A stretch of 64,000 nucleotides of DNA, from positions 600,935-664,934 of the forward strand of contig OZ246395.1 in assembly GCA_965230915.1 (NCBI GenBank), read 5' to 3'. Source of the DNA: an uncultured Candidatus Saccharibacteria bacterium. Its GTDB lineage: Bacteria; Patescibacteriota; WWE3; 2-01-FULL-39-13. The translations under genes and the position numbers were made by a program. The notes beneath the pieces are model-generated. The model was given only the letters and a program-made list of their open reading frames with translations, did not search any database and had not been told where the DNA came from. Below are positions 9,028 through 19,048 of this stretch, one piece after another; the first letter of the stretch is position 1; every line of letters starts with the position of its first letter.

Positions 9028-9795
9028 TTAATTATATTTTATAACGGGCTTGTTAAAACGCAAATCGATATATTCTATTGGTCTGTTATCAATAGTATAT
9101 TTTTGAATTATCTTTTGCAACATTGTATAAAACTCGTTTACCTTTGAAACAGCTGCGTTCTGTGGCAAAATCACCTGACTGCCATTATCTAGACTTAAAT
9201 GAAGTTGATCATTTTCCACGCGAATGTTTTTACTGACTTCTGAATATGTAAATGCTGCTTGCAGACTTAAGTCCTGCACTCTTTGCCCAACTTCTAATGA
9301 CCTATCATAAATTACATCAAAACCTTCAGATGGAGAAGCCTCTGTCGCAGCTCCAAGAACCATACCTTCACCATCGACATCGAAAACTCCATTTGACGCT
9401 TGAACAGTGTATTTTTCTTCACGCTTACTTACATTCGCAGTGTATTTATTAGGAAAATTATATTTAATATCGATAAGCTTTAGATTTGGATATTTTTCGT
9501 TCAGCAGATTTGATAAATAACCTTTTTCGATAGTAAAAAGTTTTTGGTTTTGCACCGGACCAATTACAGAATTATAAATTTCAGTAGCATATGTAGAATC
9601 AACACCTGTAATTTGAATATCGGAAACTTTAAAAAGAGGTGAATTATAGAAGAAAATTCCGATACCTGCGAGAATAGCCAGCACTACCATGCAATTTAGG
9701 CAGCTTTTCGGTTTTTTTGCCCCAGTTCGATGACTGTTGCCTGATTTTGATGGCGAAGAGCTACGCCTGTTGTTTGACGATTTCGATAATAGCAT
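9028..9795 (-). CDS. ftsQ: FtsQ/DivIB-like protein
   Basis: Basic N-tail, one TM helix, POTRA-like SPLFKVSDIQITG, C-terminal YIDLRF; sits between murG and ftsA. Confidence 0.8.
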   Translation of the reverse strand: MLLSKSSNNRRSSSPSKSGNSHRTGAKKPKSCLNCMVVLAILAGIGIFFYNSPLFKVSDIQITGVDSTYATEIYNSVIGPVQNQKLFTIEKGYLSNLLNEKYPNLKLIDIKYNFPNKYTANVSKREEKYTVQASNGVFDVDGEGMVLGAATEASPSEGFDVIYDRSLEVGQRVQDLSLQAAFTYSEVSKNIRVENDQLHLSLDNGSQVILPQNAAVSKVNEFYTMLQKIIQKYTIDNRPIEYIDLRFNKPVIKYN

Positions 9796-10945
9796 TTCCT
9801 ACCTTTTCCTGTCCGTTTTTTGGAACAAAATCCATGTGAATTGTTTTCTCCTTTATATTATCAATTTCCTTAGAGAAATTCTCGATTTCTGATAAAAGTT
9901 TATATGGAGTTGCATCATCTTGGTTTAAAACTGTTGCAAGCCCGAACTCTTCGAGTATTTTACCGTTTTTGTATTGTTCATTTTTTGAAACAACCGGAAG
10001 CGGAATTACTATAGCTGGTTTTTTAAGTAGTGCTAATTCATATATAGTATGTGCACCACCACGGGTTATCAAAAAATCTGCTGTAGCAAATACTTTGCCA
10101 ATTTCCTGTTCTAAAAAGTATTCCTTAACATGTATATTTGCGCGCTTTGATTCTTCTAGCTGGTTAACTGCTTCGATTGCAGCATTGTAGTCAGCTTCGC
10201 CTACACGTCTTCCAGCTGACCAGATTAAATTAAAATTATCTGAAAGTTGATTTATTGTTTCAATTACAACTTTGTTAATAAAAAGAGAACCGGATTTTCC
10301 GCCTGTTATATATATTGTTTTGTAATTTTCTCGCGGGAAAGAAATTTTCTCGTGAGAAAGATGAACGAAATTTCTAATTGGAAGGCCGGTATATTCCATT
10401 TTTCTCTTTACGGAATTTTTCTCACTATCATAAAATTCTATAGGCCAAGTTGTGAAAATTTTCTCTGCAAACATTGATGAAATTTCATTTGCGAGACCTA
10501 TGGTTGAAGTTTGTTCATGTAAAACACTTTTGATTCCCATTAAATATCCTGCAAAAACAACCGGCACAGACATATACCCACCAAAAGATACTATAAGATC
10601 AGGTTTTATTTTGTTTAAATACTTCAATGCTTGAAAAAAACCAAATGGAACTAATAGTAAGTTATAAATGACTAAAGGAAGATATAAAATTGAATGAGTT
10701 CTATATAATTTTCCAGCTTTTAAATCAAAAAATGGGATTTTTTTCTCTGTAACTTCAGTGTATTCGGGTGAATATGTTTTTGAGTCGATATTTTTTTTGC
10801 CAATCCAAAAAAACTCAAGATTTTTTGAGTTATCACGAAGCCAATCGATTGTTGCCAGCGCCGAATTGTGATGTCCACCGATAAAAACTAAGGATTTTGT
10901 TTCGCCACGACTAGTATTTTGCTTCACAAAAGGTAATTTATTCAT
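9761..10945 (-). CDS. murG: MurG lipid II GlcNAc transferase (GT28)
   Basis: GGH, SFGGYMSVP, LHEQ, TGLPIR, TRGGAHT, EQYKN. Start placed at ATG 10945, overlapping the ftsW end, rather than 10972. Confidence 0.9.
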   Translation of the reverse strand: MNKLPFVKQNTSRGETKSLVFIGGHHNSALATIDWLRDNSKNLEFFWIGKKNIDSKTYSPEYTEVTEKKIPFFDLKAGKLYRTHSILYLPLVIYNLLLVPFGFFQALKYLNKIKPDLIVSFGGYMSVPVVFAGYLMGIKSVLHEQTSTIGLANEISSMFAEKIFTTWPIEFYDSEKNSVKRKMEYTGLPIRNFVHLSHEKISFPRENYKTIYITGGKSGSLFINKVVIETINQLSDNFNLIWSAGRRVGEADYNAAIEAVNQLEESKRANIHVKEYFLEQEIGKVFATADFLITRGGAHTIYELALLKKPAIVIPLPVVSKNEQYKNGKILEEFGLATVLNQDDATPYKLLSEIENFSKEIDNIKEKTIHMDFVPKNGQEKVGNAIIEIVKQQA

Positions 10946-12119
10946 TCGAAAGTTTTGTTCTCCTGCTAACATTTAAAATAAGCCCCAGCGCCCATAACAT
11001 AAAAATCGTGGAACTTCCCCCATATGAAATTAATGGAAGAGGAATTCCCGTTAAGGGCATAATTCTGACCATTGCGCATAAATTAATCAATAATTGCACG
11101 CTTATCCATAATATTACACCAGAAACTAACAATGACGAGAACATATCGGGGGCTTTTTTAGCAATTAAAATACCTCGCCAAAGCAAAAATCCAAACAACG
11201 TAACCAAAAAAACTGTGCCAATAAATCCAAACTCTTCGCCGATAATTGCAAAAATAGAATCGGCGGTAACTTCAGGCAAATACGCATATTTTTGACGAGA
11301 TTTGCCCATTCCTAACCCCCAGAAACCACCAGATCCAAGAGCAATCATAATTTGGCGAATGTGATAACCTGCCCCGGATTTATCGACTTCTTCAGGAGAT
11401 AAAAGTGTTTGTATACGACTACGGCGATATGCCGATGAAAACGCATATAAGGCTGCGGCAGCCCCTAATATAGGCCCAGATATTATGAAATACCACAAAC
11501 TAGCATTTGATAAAAAGTAAATTCCAAGAATAATCGTTCCGACAATAAATGCAGTACTAAAATTTGGTTCTAAAAAAATTAACCCGCATACTAGCCCTAA
11601 ATATCCTGTAAATACTAAAGCGATTTTTTTAAATGGTAATTCTTTTATTTTTTCGGAACTTAAAAGCGACGCAAAAAATATTACACATGCTAATTTTGCA
11701 AATTCACTTGGCTGAAAACTTAGGCGGCCTAAACCAGGAATAGCTGGGAAAGGTTCGGGATTCAAAACAATCCAGCGTCTGGCACCATAAACTTCTGGGG
11801 CAAAAGGAGTTGGAAGTAATACAAATAATAAGAAGCCGCACGCAATAAAAAAGAGCATTGGCGCGTATTTTCGCAATAGGTTTATGTCAATCTTCGAAAT
11901 TATATACATACCCACAACGCCGATTATTGACCATCCAATTTGAAGTTTTACGAAATGAAATCTGTCATTAAAGACCACTTCGGCATATGCTAAAGATGCT
12001 TCGTAAACCATGAAAACTCCAAATAAAATTATTACAGCGAGAATTGATGTAAAAGCAAGGTCTATTCCGCCAATTGTATCTTTTTTGGCTAATCTTCTAA
12101 GCGAATTCAATTTGTTCAT
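10938..12119 (-). CDS. ftsW: SEDS peptidoglycan polymerase FtsW
   Basis: GARRW, FQPSEFAK, GSGGFWGLG, LPEVTADSIF, LTGIPLPLISYGGSS. Confidence 0.93.
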   Translation of the reverse strand: MNKLNSLRRLAKKDTIGGIDLAFTSILAVIILFGVFMVYEASLAYAEVVFNDRFHFVKLQIGWSIIGVVGMYIISKIDINLLRKYAPMLFFIACGFLLFVLLPTPFAPEVYGARRWIVLNPEPFPAIPGLGRLSFQPSEFAKLACVIFFASLLSSEKIKELPFKKIALVFTGYLGLVCGLIFLEPNFSTAFIVGTIILGIYFLSNASLWYFIISGPILGAAAALYAFSSAYRRSRIQTLLSPEEVDKSGAGYHIRQIMIALGSGGFWGLGMGKSRQKYAYLPEVTADSIFAIIGEEFGFIGTVFLVTLFGFLLWRGILIAKKAPDMFSSLLVSGVILWISVQLLINLCAMVRIMPLTGIPLPLISYGGSSTIFMLWALGLILNVSRRTKLSNE

Positions 12120-12204
12120 AAGTTAACTCATATAGTATACAAACTGCCTAATTAGAATTATAGTCAAATTAGGTAGCTACTTTTATATTATTTATATTTA
12201 GATC

Positions 12205-12756
12205 ATGGAATCAGACAAAAAGCTTGTTAGTGAAGCCCAGAAAGATATAAAAAACTTTGACAATATTTATGCAAGTTACTTTACTAAAATTAAGAATTAT
12301 TTTAAACCTAAAGTCAGCAATGATGAATTAATTGCAGAAGACTTAACTTCGCAAACTTTTGAAAAAGCTCTGAAAAATATAGACGGTTTTAAATGGCAAG
12401 GCGTTTCGTTTTCATCATGGCTTTATACAATTGCCAACAATACTCTTATCGACTTTTATAGAAAAAACAAAAAAACAATTAAAATCGATGACGAATTTTA
12501 CAACAATATAAAAGACGAATCGAAGTTAATCGAAGAAAGCGTGATAGAAGACGATACCGAAACAAGAATTAAAGAAATTTTAAGAGAATTATCAAGACGA
12601 GAACACACAATAATAATTCTTAAGTTTTATGACGGATTAAATAATAAAGAAATTGCAGAAAAGGTTGGCATTTCTGAATCAAATGTTGGAACTATAATAC
12701 ACAGAATAACAAAAAAACTAAAAGATAGAATTAAAGCCTCTCAACTAGTGGAATAA
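12205..12756 (+). CDS. ECF-family RNA polymerase sigma factor
   Basis: AEDLTSQTF and FSSWLYTIANN (region 2); GLNNKEIAEKVGISESNV (region 4 HTH). Confidence 0.9.
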   Translation: MESDKKLVSEAQKDIKNFDNIYASYFTKIKNYFKPKVSNDELIAEDLTSQTFEKALKNIDGFKWQGVSFSSWLYTIANNTLIDFYRKNKKTIKIDDEFYNNIKDESKLIEESVIEDDTETRIKEILRELSRREHTIIILKFYDGLNNKEIAEKVGISESNVGTIIHRITKKLKDRIKASQLVE

Positions 12757-12758
12757 GT

Positions 12759-13937
12759 CTAAAGTGATAAATCCAAATTCAGGCTAGTTAAGTTATCAAT
12801 TAAATATTGGGTCTTATATGCGATGGCATTAAAATTGCTTACGCGGCTATATCCTCTTGATGCTACAGCCCCAAAAATTAAAACTCCGCCCCACTCTGCG
12901 TCGATAATTTCACTTTTAACAGATGATAAGTTATTCACAGGTCTTACAGTTACAACAACAATATCTGTGCCATCAGCGTAGCTAATTTTGCACCCCATAA
13001 TATTAAGCTCTGTTACTATATGAGAGAGCTCTTCGACATTTCTACAAATAACACTTACAGGTTTTTCTGCAATAAATGAAAGCATTAAAAATAGATATCC
13101 CAAAGCATCACACTTTAGCGTTAAAAATTCGTAAAGATCACTTAAATCCTTCTGGTGATGCCAAATTTTTAAACGCCCATCCATAACTTCATAATTTCCA
13201 GCTATTTCATCAAAAATCATTAAAAACTGAAGTGACTGAGATAAATCAAAATTTTCGATAATCACCTCTGATGATGGCAAAGCAGCCATAGCTACAAATA
13301 AATTAAATTCAAATTGGTTATATGGAACTTTTATGATATCTCCTTGTTCTAACTGTTGAATACTTGATAATCGGTAATCATTTTTATCGTAAACTACTGC
13401 TAAATTTTGCGTAAAATATGAACTAAAAATTCTTGACGCCGCCATATATAAATTCTCTCCCATTACACTTATCTGCAGTAAATCTTCGCTTCGATTTATG
13501 AAATTCCTACGAATTAATATGGAAGAATTATCGGGTTCGATATCAAATCCGATTTCGCGGTAGAATTTAGCTTCTTTTCGAAAAGTTAGAGGAACATAAC
13601 ACTCACCTCTTCTAAAAAGAATTGCCGGAATTAGAATTTGCGCAAATTTATAACTTATATTGGCTGATGATAGATCATTAGAGACCTCACCGGGAATTGT
13701 AACTGAAATACTAGTTTCATTTTCCCAAAATATATCAACGCCAAGTTCTTGAAGAATTGTAATAAAATCGAGAACCATTCCAGACCTTGGAACATTCTGC
13801 AAAATAACTTTTTTCTCCTTAAAAAAACTTTGGACAAGATAAAAAATTGTGATTTCAGAATCTCCGGATAACGAGACTGTTCCATAAGGGGTAACGCCAC
13901 CACGAACTTTTAATGTAGATTTAAGATTGTCATCCAT
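12759..13937 (-). CDS. Degenerate MurA/EPSP-synthase-fold protein
   Basis: N-terminus aligns by eye to MurA (VRGG..YGTVSLSG...VILQNVP...LQELGVDI) and length is similar. The SGAKN, PGGC..G.RP, DLR and RGY motifs are absent. Confidence 0.6.
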   Translation of the reverse strand: MDDNLKSTLKVRGGVTPYGTVSLSGDSEITIFYLVQSFFKEKKVILQNVPRSGMVLDFITILQELGVDIFWENETSISVTIPGEVSNDLSSANISYKFAQILIPAILFRRGECYVPLTFRKEAKFYREIGFDIEPDNSSILIRRNFINRSEDLLQISVMGENLYMAASRIFSSYFTQNLAVVYDKNDYRLSSIQQLEQGDIIKVPYNQFEFNLFVAMAALPSSEVIIENFDLSQSLQFLMIFDEIAGNYEVMDGRLKIWHHQKDLSDLYEFLTLKCDALGYLFLMLSFIAEKPVSVICRNVEELSHIVTELNIMGCKISYADGTDIVVVTVRPVNNLSSVKSEIIDAEWGGVLIFGAVASRGYSRVSNFNAIAYKTQYLIDNLTSLNLDLSL

Positions 13938-13975
13938 AAATAAAGCTTATTTAATATTATCATAGAGCCTTTCTC

Positions 13976-15691
13976 TTATTGTGGTTCTTGTTTATCGGCG
14001 GCTAATCCATAGTATGCTGCCAATTTTTCGGCAATAGACATCCAAAGCGGAACAGCCGTTTCTGCGGCATATCCACTTGGATAAGTTGGCTCTTCCAATT
14101 TTACATACAGAACAAAATTCTTATATGAAGGCATAAATCCGACAAAAGTTGCGTTAGTACGGTTGGGGTCGTATCCTCCAGGAACTGGAACTTGGGCGGT
14201 TCCTGTTTTTCCAGCTATATTATATTTTTTTGAAACAAAAAATTTGGCTTCTCCACCCGAAACTGCAGATGTTAATAAAGTGACCATTCTGTCAGCAGTA
14301 TTTGAAGTTATTGGACGTGAAATAGGATGGGGTTTGAATTCAACTTCTTTATCTTTGGTAACAATTTTCTTGACCACATATGGCTTCATTAATAGCCCAT
14401 CGTTGGCGACAGCTGCAAAAGACATTGTAACTTGAAGCGGAGTCATTGAAATTCCCTGTCCGAATGAAGCATTTGCGAGTTCGATATCTTTGAGATTTTC
14501 AGTTCCATACATTAAACCTCGTTCTTCGCCTTCTAAATCGACTCCAGTCGTTTGACCAAAACCAAAATCATGGAAGTATTCCATTAATGCATCGCCTCCT
14601 AATTGCTGTGCAACCCAAGCTGCACCCAAGTTATTCGATAATTGCAAAATTCGTGCAATATTAATTTCACCATGGTGCTTTCCATCCCAATTATCAACCA
14701 TGTAACCAGAAAATTCCTTCGGACCAGTATCATTATAAGTTGAATCTTCGTTAATCTTGCCAGCATCTAATGCACTGGCAACCGTTATAGCTTTTATAAC
14801 TGACCCTGGTTCGTATATTGATGAAATTGCGTCGTTACGAACGAGAGCTTCGTTTTCAAAAGCTTCTTTATAATTAGACGGGTCAAAATTCGGATAAGAT
14901 GCCATTGCAACAATTGCACCTGTTGATGGCTCAACAATAATTACAACACCTGATTTGGCGTTATAGTTATCTACAGCTGTTTTTAATTTATCTTCAATCA
15001 TAAACTGAATATTTCGATTTATTGTCAAATATAAATCGCTGCCATCGATTGGCGGAACTTTCTCAACGTCTCCCCATAAAATTGGATCACCACCTGCAGT
15101 ACGTTCTTGAAAAAGCCATCCATCTTGACCTTCAAGATCTCCGTTATAGTACTGTTCTAACCCGTAGTATCCGATATCTTTGGCATATTGGTCTTTCCCG
15201 ACGAAACCTAAGGTATTACTGAGCATTGTGGTTTCGGGATAATATCTCGAATAAGTTTCTTCGAAACCAACTCCAGGCATTTTTAGATCGTCGATTTTTT
15301 TGTATTGATCCCAATTTAAATTTTCCGAATACTTAATCCACTTTTTATTGGAATTAACTACTGCGTCTGAAGCTGGTTTATCCAGATCGGGTAAAATCGG
15401 CTTTAACTCGTGATATATATCCCGGGATTTGTCCATTTGTGTTGTATTCAGATACATCGTATATGCAACTTTATTAGTTGCGATAGGATAATCATCATTT
15501 GTATAAATTGTTCCTCGTTTTGCTTGAAGTGTATAACCGCTCCATTGCTGCTCACGCGCTTGTGCTTTATATTTTGATGAATTGATAACCTGAATCTGAA
15601 AAAGGCGAATACAAATAACTATAAGAAGAAATCCGACCCAATAAACTATTAAGTTATATCGCCACTCAGGATTTAAACGGGAGGCTTTCAT
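13976..15691 (-). CDS. ftsI: Class B penicillin-binding protein (FtsI/PBP3-like)
   Basis: N-terminal TM, RGTIY, RYYP, GLEQYY, EPGSVIK (SxxK), SNN (SxN), GKTGTAQ (KTG). Confidence 0.9.
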   Translation of the reverse strand: MKASRLNPEWRYNLIVYWVGFLLIVICIRLFQIQVINSSKYKAQAREQQWSGYTLQAKRGTIYTNDDYPIATNKVAYTMYLNTTQMDKSRDIYHELKPILPDLDKPASDAVVNSNKKWIKYSENLNWDQYKKIDDLKMPGVGFEETYSRYYPETTMLSNTLGFVGKDQYAKDIGYYGLEQYYNGDLEGQDGWLFQERTAGGDPILWGDVEKVPPIDGSDLYLTINRNIQFMIEDKLKTAVDNYNAKSGVVIIVEPSTGAIVAMASYPNFDPSNYKEAFENEALVRNDAISSIYEPGSVIKAITVASALDAGKINEDSTYNDTGPKEFSGYMVDNWDGKHHGEINIARILQLSNNLGAAWVAQQLGGDALMEYFHDFGFGQTTGVDLEGEERGLMYGTENLKDIELANASFGQGISMTPLQVTMSFAAVANDGLLMKPYVVKKIVTKDKEVEFKPHPISRPITSNTADRMVTLLTSAVSGGEAKFFVSKKYNIAGKTGTAQVPVPGGYDPNRTNATFVGFMPSYKNFVLYVKLEEPTYPSGYAAETAVPLWMSIAEKLAAYYGLAADKQEPQ

Positions 15692-15694
15692 ACT

Positions 15695-16344
15695 TTATTT
15701 AACAACTTTCACTATATAAATAAGCCATTTGGATCTTTCAGACATAGGTCTATAAATAAATTCTAAAATATCGAATCCATTTTCACTTAAAACTTGTCTA
15801 AATTCTGAATCTAAATAAAATGCCCAGAAACGGTTGTATGGGTTTCCATCACTACTCACTTCTTCACGAACTTCCTCACCTTCGCCTCTTTAATTGAAAT
15901 AAAGCCAACACCATTAGACCTAGTAATGTTATGCAAACGACTTAAACCTGATTCAATACGTCTTTTAGGTATATGTAACAGCATAGCCGATGCCCAAAAT
16001 CCATCAACAGAATTGCTTTCGAAAGGTAACTCATGCAAATTGCTTACTTGAAACATACCACCGGGATTTCGGGCTTGAGCAACCTCAATAAAGTTTGGGG
16101 CAGGGTCTGTACCTATATAAGAATACCCTCTACTAATAAGATCTTCTGCATCTCTTCCACCACCACAGCCAACTTCTAAGATAGTTCCTGATGGTAAATG
16201 AGTTTGAAAAACTGTCATTTCTTCCTGCCAAAAGCCGCGCCCAGCATGCGCTTCCGCCCAATTTTGCGCAGTTGAGTTGTATGCATCAATCGTTAACGCT
16301 TCTTCTGGAGTCAGAGACTTCTCGGTATCAGTTTCAATTTCCAT
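15695..16344 (-). pseudogene. Class I SAM methyltransferase interrupted by a 1-nt frameshift near 15886
   Basis: ILEVGCGGGRD motif I. After FISIKE the shifted frame continues GEGEEVREE...NRFWAFYLDSEFRQVLSENGFDIL...KWLIYIVKVVK* and ends 3 nt before the ftsI ATG. Confidence 0.8.
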
Positions 16345-16369
16345 TAATGAAATATATCACTTCTAAAGT

Positions 16370-16735
16370 TTATCTAGCAGCCAGCTCCGGAGATGTGTAA
16401 TACTCAACATTTGCCTCAACATAGCCATTTTCTAATGCCAGCGGCTTTATAACTGATAAAGAGGTTAATGTTAAATACTGATTTTTCAGATACTCGTTTT
16501 GCTGATGATATGCAGTAATTTCGTTTTCGATCTTTGATAAATTGCTTCCGGCAATTGAAGCTTTATCAGAATAATAAAATCTAGCGCCAAGTGTGATTAA
16601 TAGTGCAAATGTCAAAAATATATTTAAGAAAGTTACAAATTTGAATTTACCGTGATTATGAGTTGATTTTTCAACATTTGGTTTGTCGAAATGGATTGAG
16701 GTTATTGATTTTCTTACGTTATTAAATTTTTTCAT
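16370..16735 (-). CDS. FtsL-like bitopic coiled-coil protein
   Basis: One TM helix then a heptad coiled coil ending in LALENGY; canonical position after rsmH. Confidence 0.65.
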   Translation of the reverse strand: MKKFNNVRKSITSIHFDKPNVEKSTHNHGKFKFVTFLNIFLTFALLITLGARFYYSDKASIAGSNLSKIENEITAYHQQNEYLKNQYLTLTSLSVIKPLALENGYVEANVEYYTSPELAAR

Positions 16736-17600
16736 AGATTCTTAATTTTGCACTTCTCGAAGCGGAATTATTTTCAATTTCGACTTCAGAAGGAACAATT
16801 GGTTCCTTATTAACTTTTTTAAGGTCGCCTCTGGTATTTAAATTTTTAGCGATTTTGTCTTCCAGCGAATGAAAAGTTATTATCGAAAGCCTTCCACCAA
16901 CTTTTAATAAGTCGGCAGCATCTTGCGATGATGTTTCAAAATTTGATAATTCGCTATTAACAGCAATTCTTAAAGCTTGAAAAACGCGTGTTGCAGGATG
17001 ATTTCGGCTTACCTGATACCTCGAAGTATTCTTGATAACTTCGGCGAGTTCATTTGCCTTTACATTTGCCCCTCGCTGTTTAATTAGTTTCTTAATTGCT
17101 TTTGCATAAAGCTTTGCTTGAGGTTCTTCTCCATAATCTAAAATCAGAGAAGCAATTTCGTCTTCGGATAAAACTACGAGTAGATCGATTGCACGAACTC
17201 CTAGTTCGTGGTCCATTCTCATATCGAGTTCTGTTGAGTCTTCGAAGCTGAACCCTCTTGCAGCTTGCTTAATTTGAAATGTGCTAAGCCCTAAGTCGTA
17301 TAAAATCCCATCTATTTGTGATTCTTTCCAGCCGATTTCTTTTACTGCACGCTTAATATCTTTAAAGTTAGTTTTTAATATTTTTAGATGGCCATTGTGG
17401 ATTTCTTCGTGAAATCTATGCTCGCAGTGCTCAATTGCTGCGACATCAATGTCTAGCGCTAAAACATTTCCACCTAACTCTAAAATCTTCGCGGTATGCC
17501 CTCCACCGCCAAGATTGCAATCAATATAATTGCCACCTTTTTTAATATTCAAACCTTCAATTGCTTCGGTTAATAAAACAGATGTATGTTGAAATTCCAT
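16722..17600 (-). CDS. rsmH: 16S rRNA m4C1402 methyltransferase
   Basis: HTSVLL, LGGGGH, DLGLS, LDMRMD, HPATRVFQALRIAVN, FHSLED, SRSAKLR. Confidence 0.97.
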   Translation of the reverse strand: MEFQHTSVLLTEAIEGLNIKKGGNYIDCNLGGGGHTAKILELGGNVLALDIDVAAIEHCEHRFHEEIHNGHLKILKTNFKDIKRAVKEIGWKESQIDGILYDLGLSTFQIKQAARGFSFEDSTELDMRMDHELGVRAIDLLVVLSEDEIASLILDYGEEPQAKLYAKAIKKLIKQRGANVKANELAEVIKNTSRYQVSRNHPATRVFQALRIAVNSELSNFETSSQDAADLLKVGGRLSIITFHSLEDKIAKNLNTRGDLKKVNKEPIVPSEVEIENNSASRSAKLRIYEKI

Positions 17601-17602
17601 TT

Positions 17603-18037
17603 TTACTTGTTAGATTTGTCGGCTAACTTTTGGCCGATAGAAGAACTATCTGATTCTAATTTCTTTCTTTTTTCTTCCCACTTATCGCTGGACCAAAGTT
17701 CGACCCAATCGCCTAGACCTAAGAAAGTTCCCTCTAGCTTGATTTGCGAATATTCAACAAGATATGGAGGAACAACAAATCTTCCTTGAGCATCTAGTTC
17801 GATTTCTGATGCCGATGCTAGTAAAAAGCGTCTAGTGTCACGAATTTCTTCTGAGACGAAAGGACCTGAAATTGATTCAGAAATCATTTCCTCCCACTGG
17901 GCAGGTGACATTAAAATAGCGCAGCCTTCGTAGCCTCTGGTGATAATAAGCTTATTTCCTAGCTCTTCGCGGAATCGTTTCGGGAAGGCTATTCGGTTTT
18001 TATCACCAAGTTTTTGTCTGTGTTCTCCAATGATCAT
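17603..18037 (-). CDS. mraZ: Transcriptional regulator MraZ
   Basis: DKNRIAFPKRFR and LDAQGRFVVP repeats; first gene of the dcw cluster. Confidence 0.95.
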   Translation of the reverse strand: MIIGEHRQKLGDKNRIAFPKRFREELGNKLIITRGYEGCAILMSPAQWEEMISESISGPFVSEEIRDTRRFLLASASEIELDAQGRFVVPPYLVEYSQIKLEGTFLGLGDWVELWSSDKWEEKRKKLESDSSSIGQKLADKSNK

Positions 18038-18081
18038 ATTTAATTGCTATAAAGTGCAGGAAACAGTAGATTAGATCTAGC

Positions 18082-18107
18082 CAACATCAATCACCACTAA
18101 TCACCAC
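18082..18107 (-). promoter_or_regulatory. Putative MraZ-binding direct repeats
   Basis: Minus strand GTGGTG-N4-GTGGTG-N4-ATGTTG (10-bp period) just upstream of mraZ, resembling the GTGG-type boxes known for MraZ. Confidence 0.7.
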
Positions 18108-18231
18108 TGTATTACATATTATGGTATGACAAAGGGGGAAGTTAGGGAACACGAAGAATACCCGAAAGCAGCAACGTTTAAAAACCTAGGTGCTTTCATA
18201 TAGTGCTAAAAATAGTAATATTACGATTAAT

Positions 18232-19038
18232 ATGAATAAGTGGAAAATTCTGTCTATATTCCTTATAGTTACACAAATAACGTCTATAATAGCTTTCACT
18301 TATTTTTACTATCCTCAATTAACCAGGTTTACAACTAACACACCTAAAATAGATGACCCTAAAGAACAACTTTTAACATGGGCTGAAAAGTATAACAGCG
18401 AACAATGGCAGAAATATTTGCAAAATTGGCAAAAAATAAAGGGTGATGAAAGTATGAAACAGGTTATAAAATGTAGAATCGATATTGACAATAAAATCTC
18501 GCAGCTAGAACCAATATATCTAAAAGCCTTAAGGGAAAATGAGACGGGCAATGCTACTGTAGAGAGTCGGTATTCCGAAGGTATTTATAAAACACTTAAA
18601 AATATTTCAGATAAACTTTGGGATATCACTTATCCGTACGATAGAGACGAACCTGATTTCCAAGGAGGACTGTTTATCTATACAAAATTTGATAACAACT
18701 TGGATGTTTTTAATCAGGCTTATATTGATAAAAATATAGTAGGCACTAAGCAAACACTTGAATACTACAACACGCAATTTAATAATGATCTAATAGAAGC
18801 AGAAAATGTATATTGTCCCAAATTGGATTCCATCGGGGCTAAACCTCCTATGACTTCAGCACAGTGCATTGAGATTGCCAAATTTATAAATAGCACAGCT
18901 GTACCTGAAGGGAGAGAGTCTTTTGAATTACAAGGAGAATACGAAATATCATTAGAAAAATTTGAGAAGGCAAAAATTAGTAGATTAGAATTATGCAATT
19001 CAACTTCGGAATTAAATTCACCCTATTTCAGATTCTAA
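18232..19038 (+). CDS. Hypothetical membrane-anchored/exported protein
   Basis: Probable start at MNKWKIL; N-terminal hydrophobic helix; four Cys in the soluble part. Confidence 0.7.
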   Translation: MNKWKILSIFLIVTQITSIIAFTYFYYPQLTRFTTNTPKIDDPKEQLLTWAEKYNSEQWQKYLQNWQKIKGDESMKQVIKCRIDIDNKISQLEPIYLKALRENETGNATVESRYSEGIYKTLKNISDKLWDITYPYDRDEPDFQGGLFIYTKFDNNLDVFNQAYIDKNIVGTKQTLEYYNTQFNNDLIEAENVYCPKLDSIGAKPPMTSAQCIEIAKFINSTAVPEGRESFELQGEYEISLEKFEKAKISRLELCNSTSELNSPYFRF

Positions 19039-19048
19039 AATACACTCT

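Noticed and set aside
10860-10900. Shortened N-terminal glycine loop of MurG (FIGGHH) as a sign of inactivation
   Set aside because: The other MurG motifs and synteny are intact, so there is not enough evidence for loss of function.
15880-15895. Programmed -1 ribosomal frameshift in the methyltransferase
   Set aside because: No canonical slippery heptamer or evident stimulatory structure; treated as an indel.
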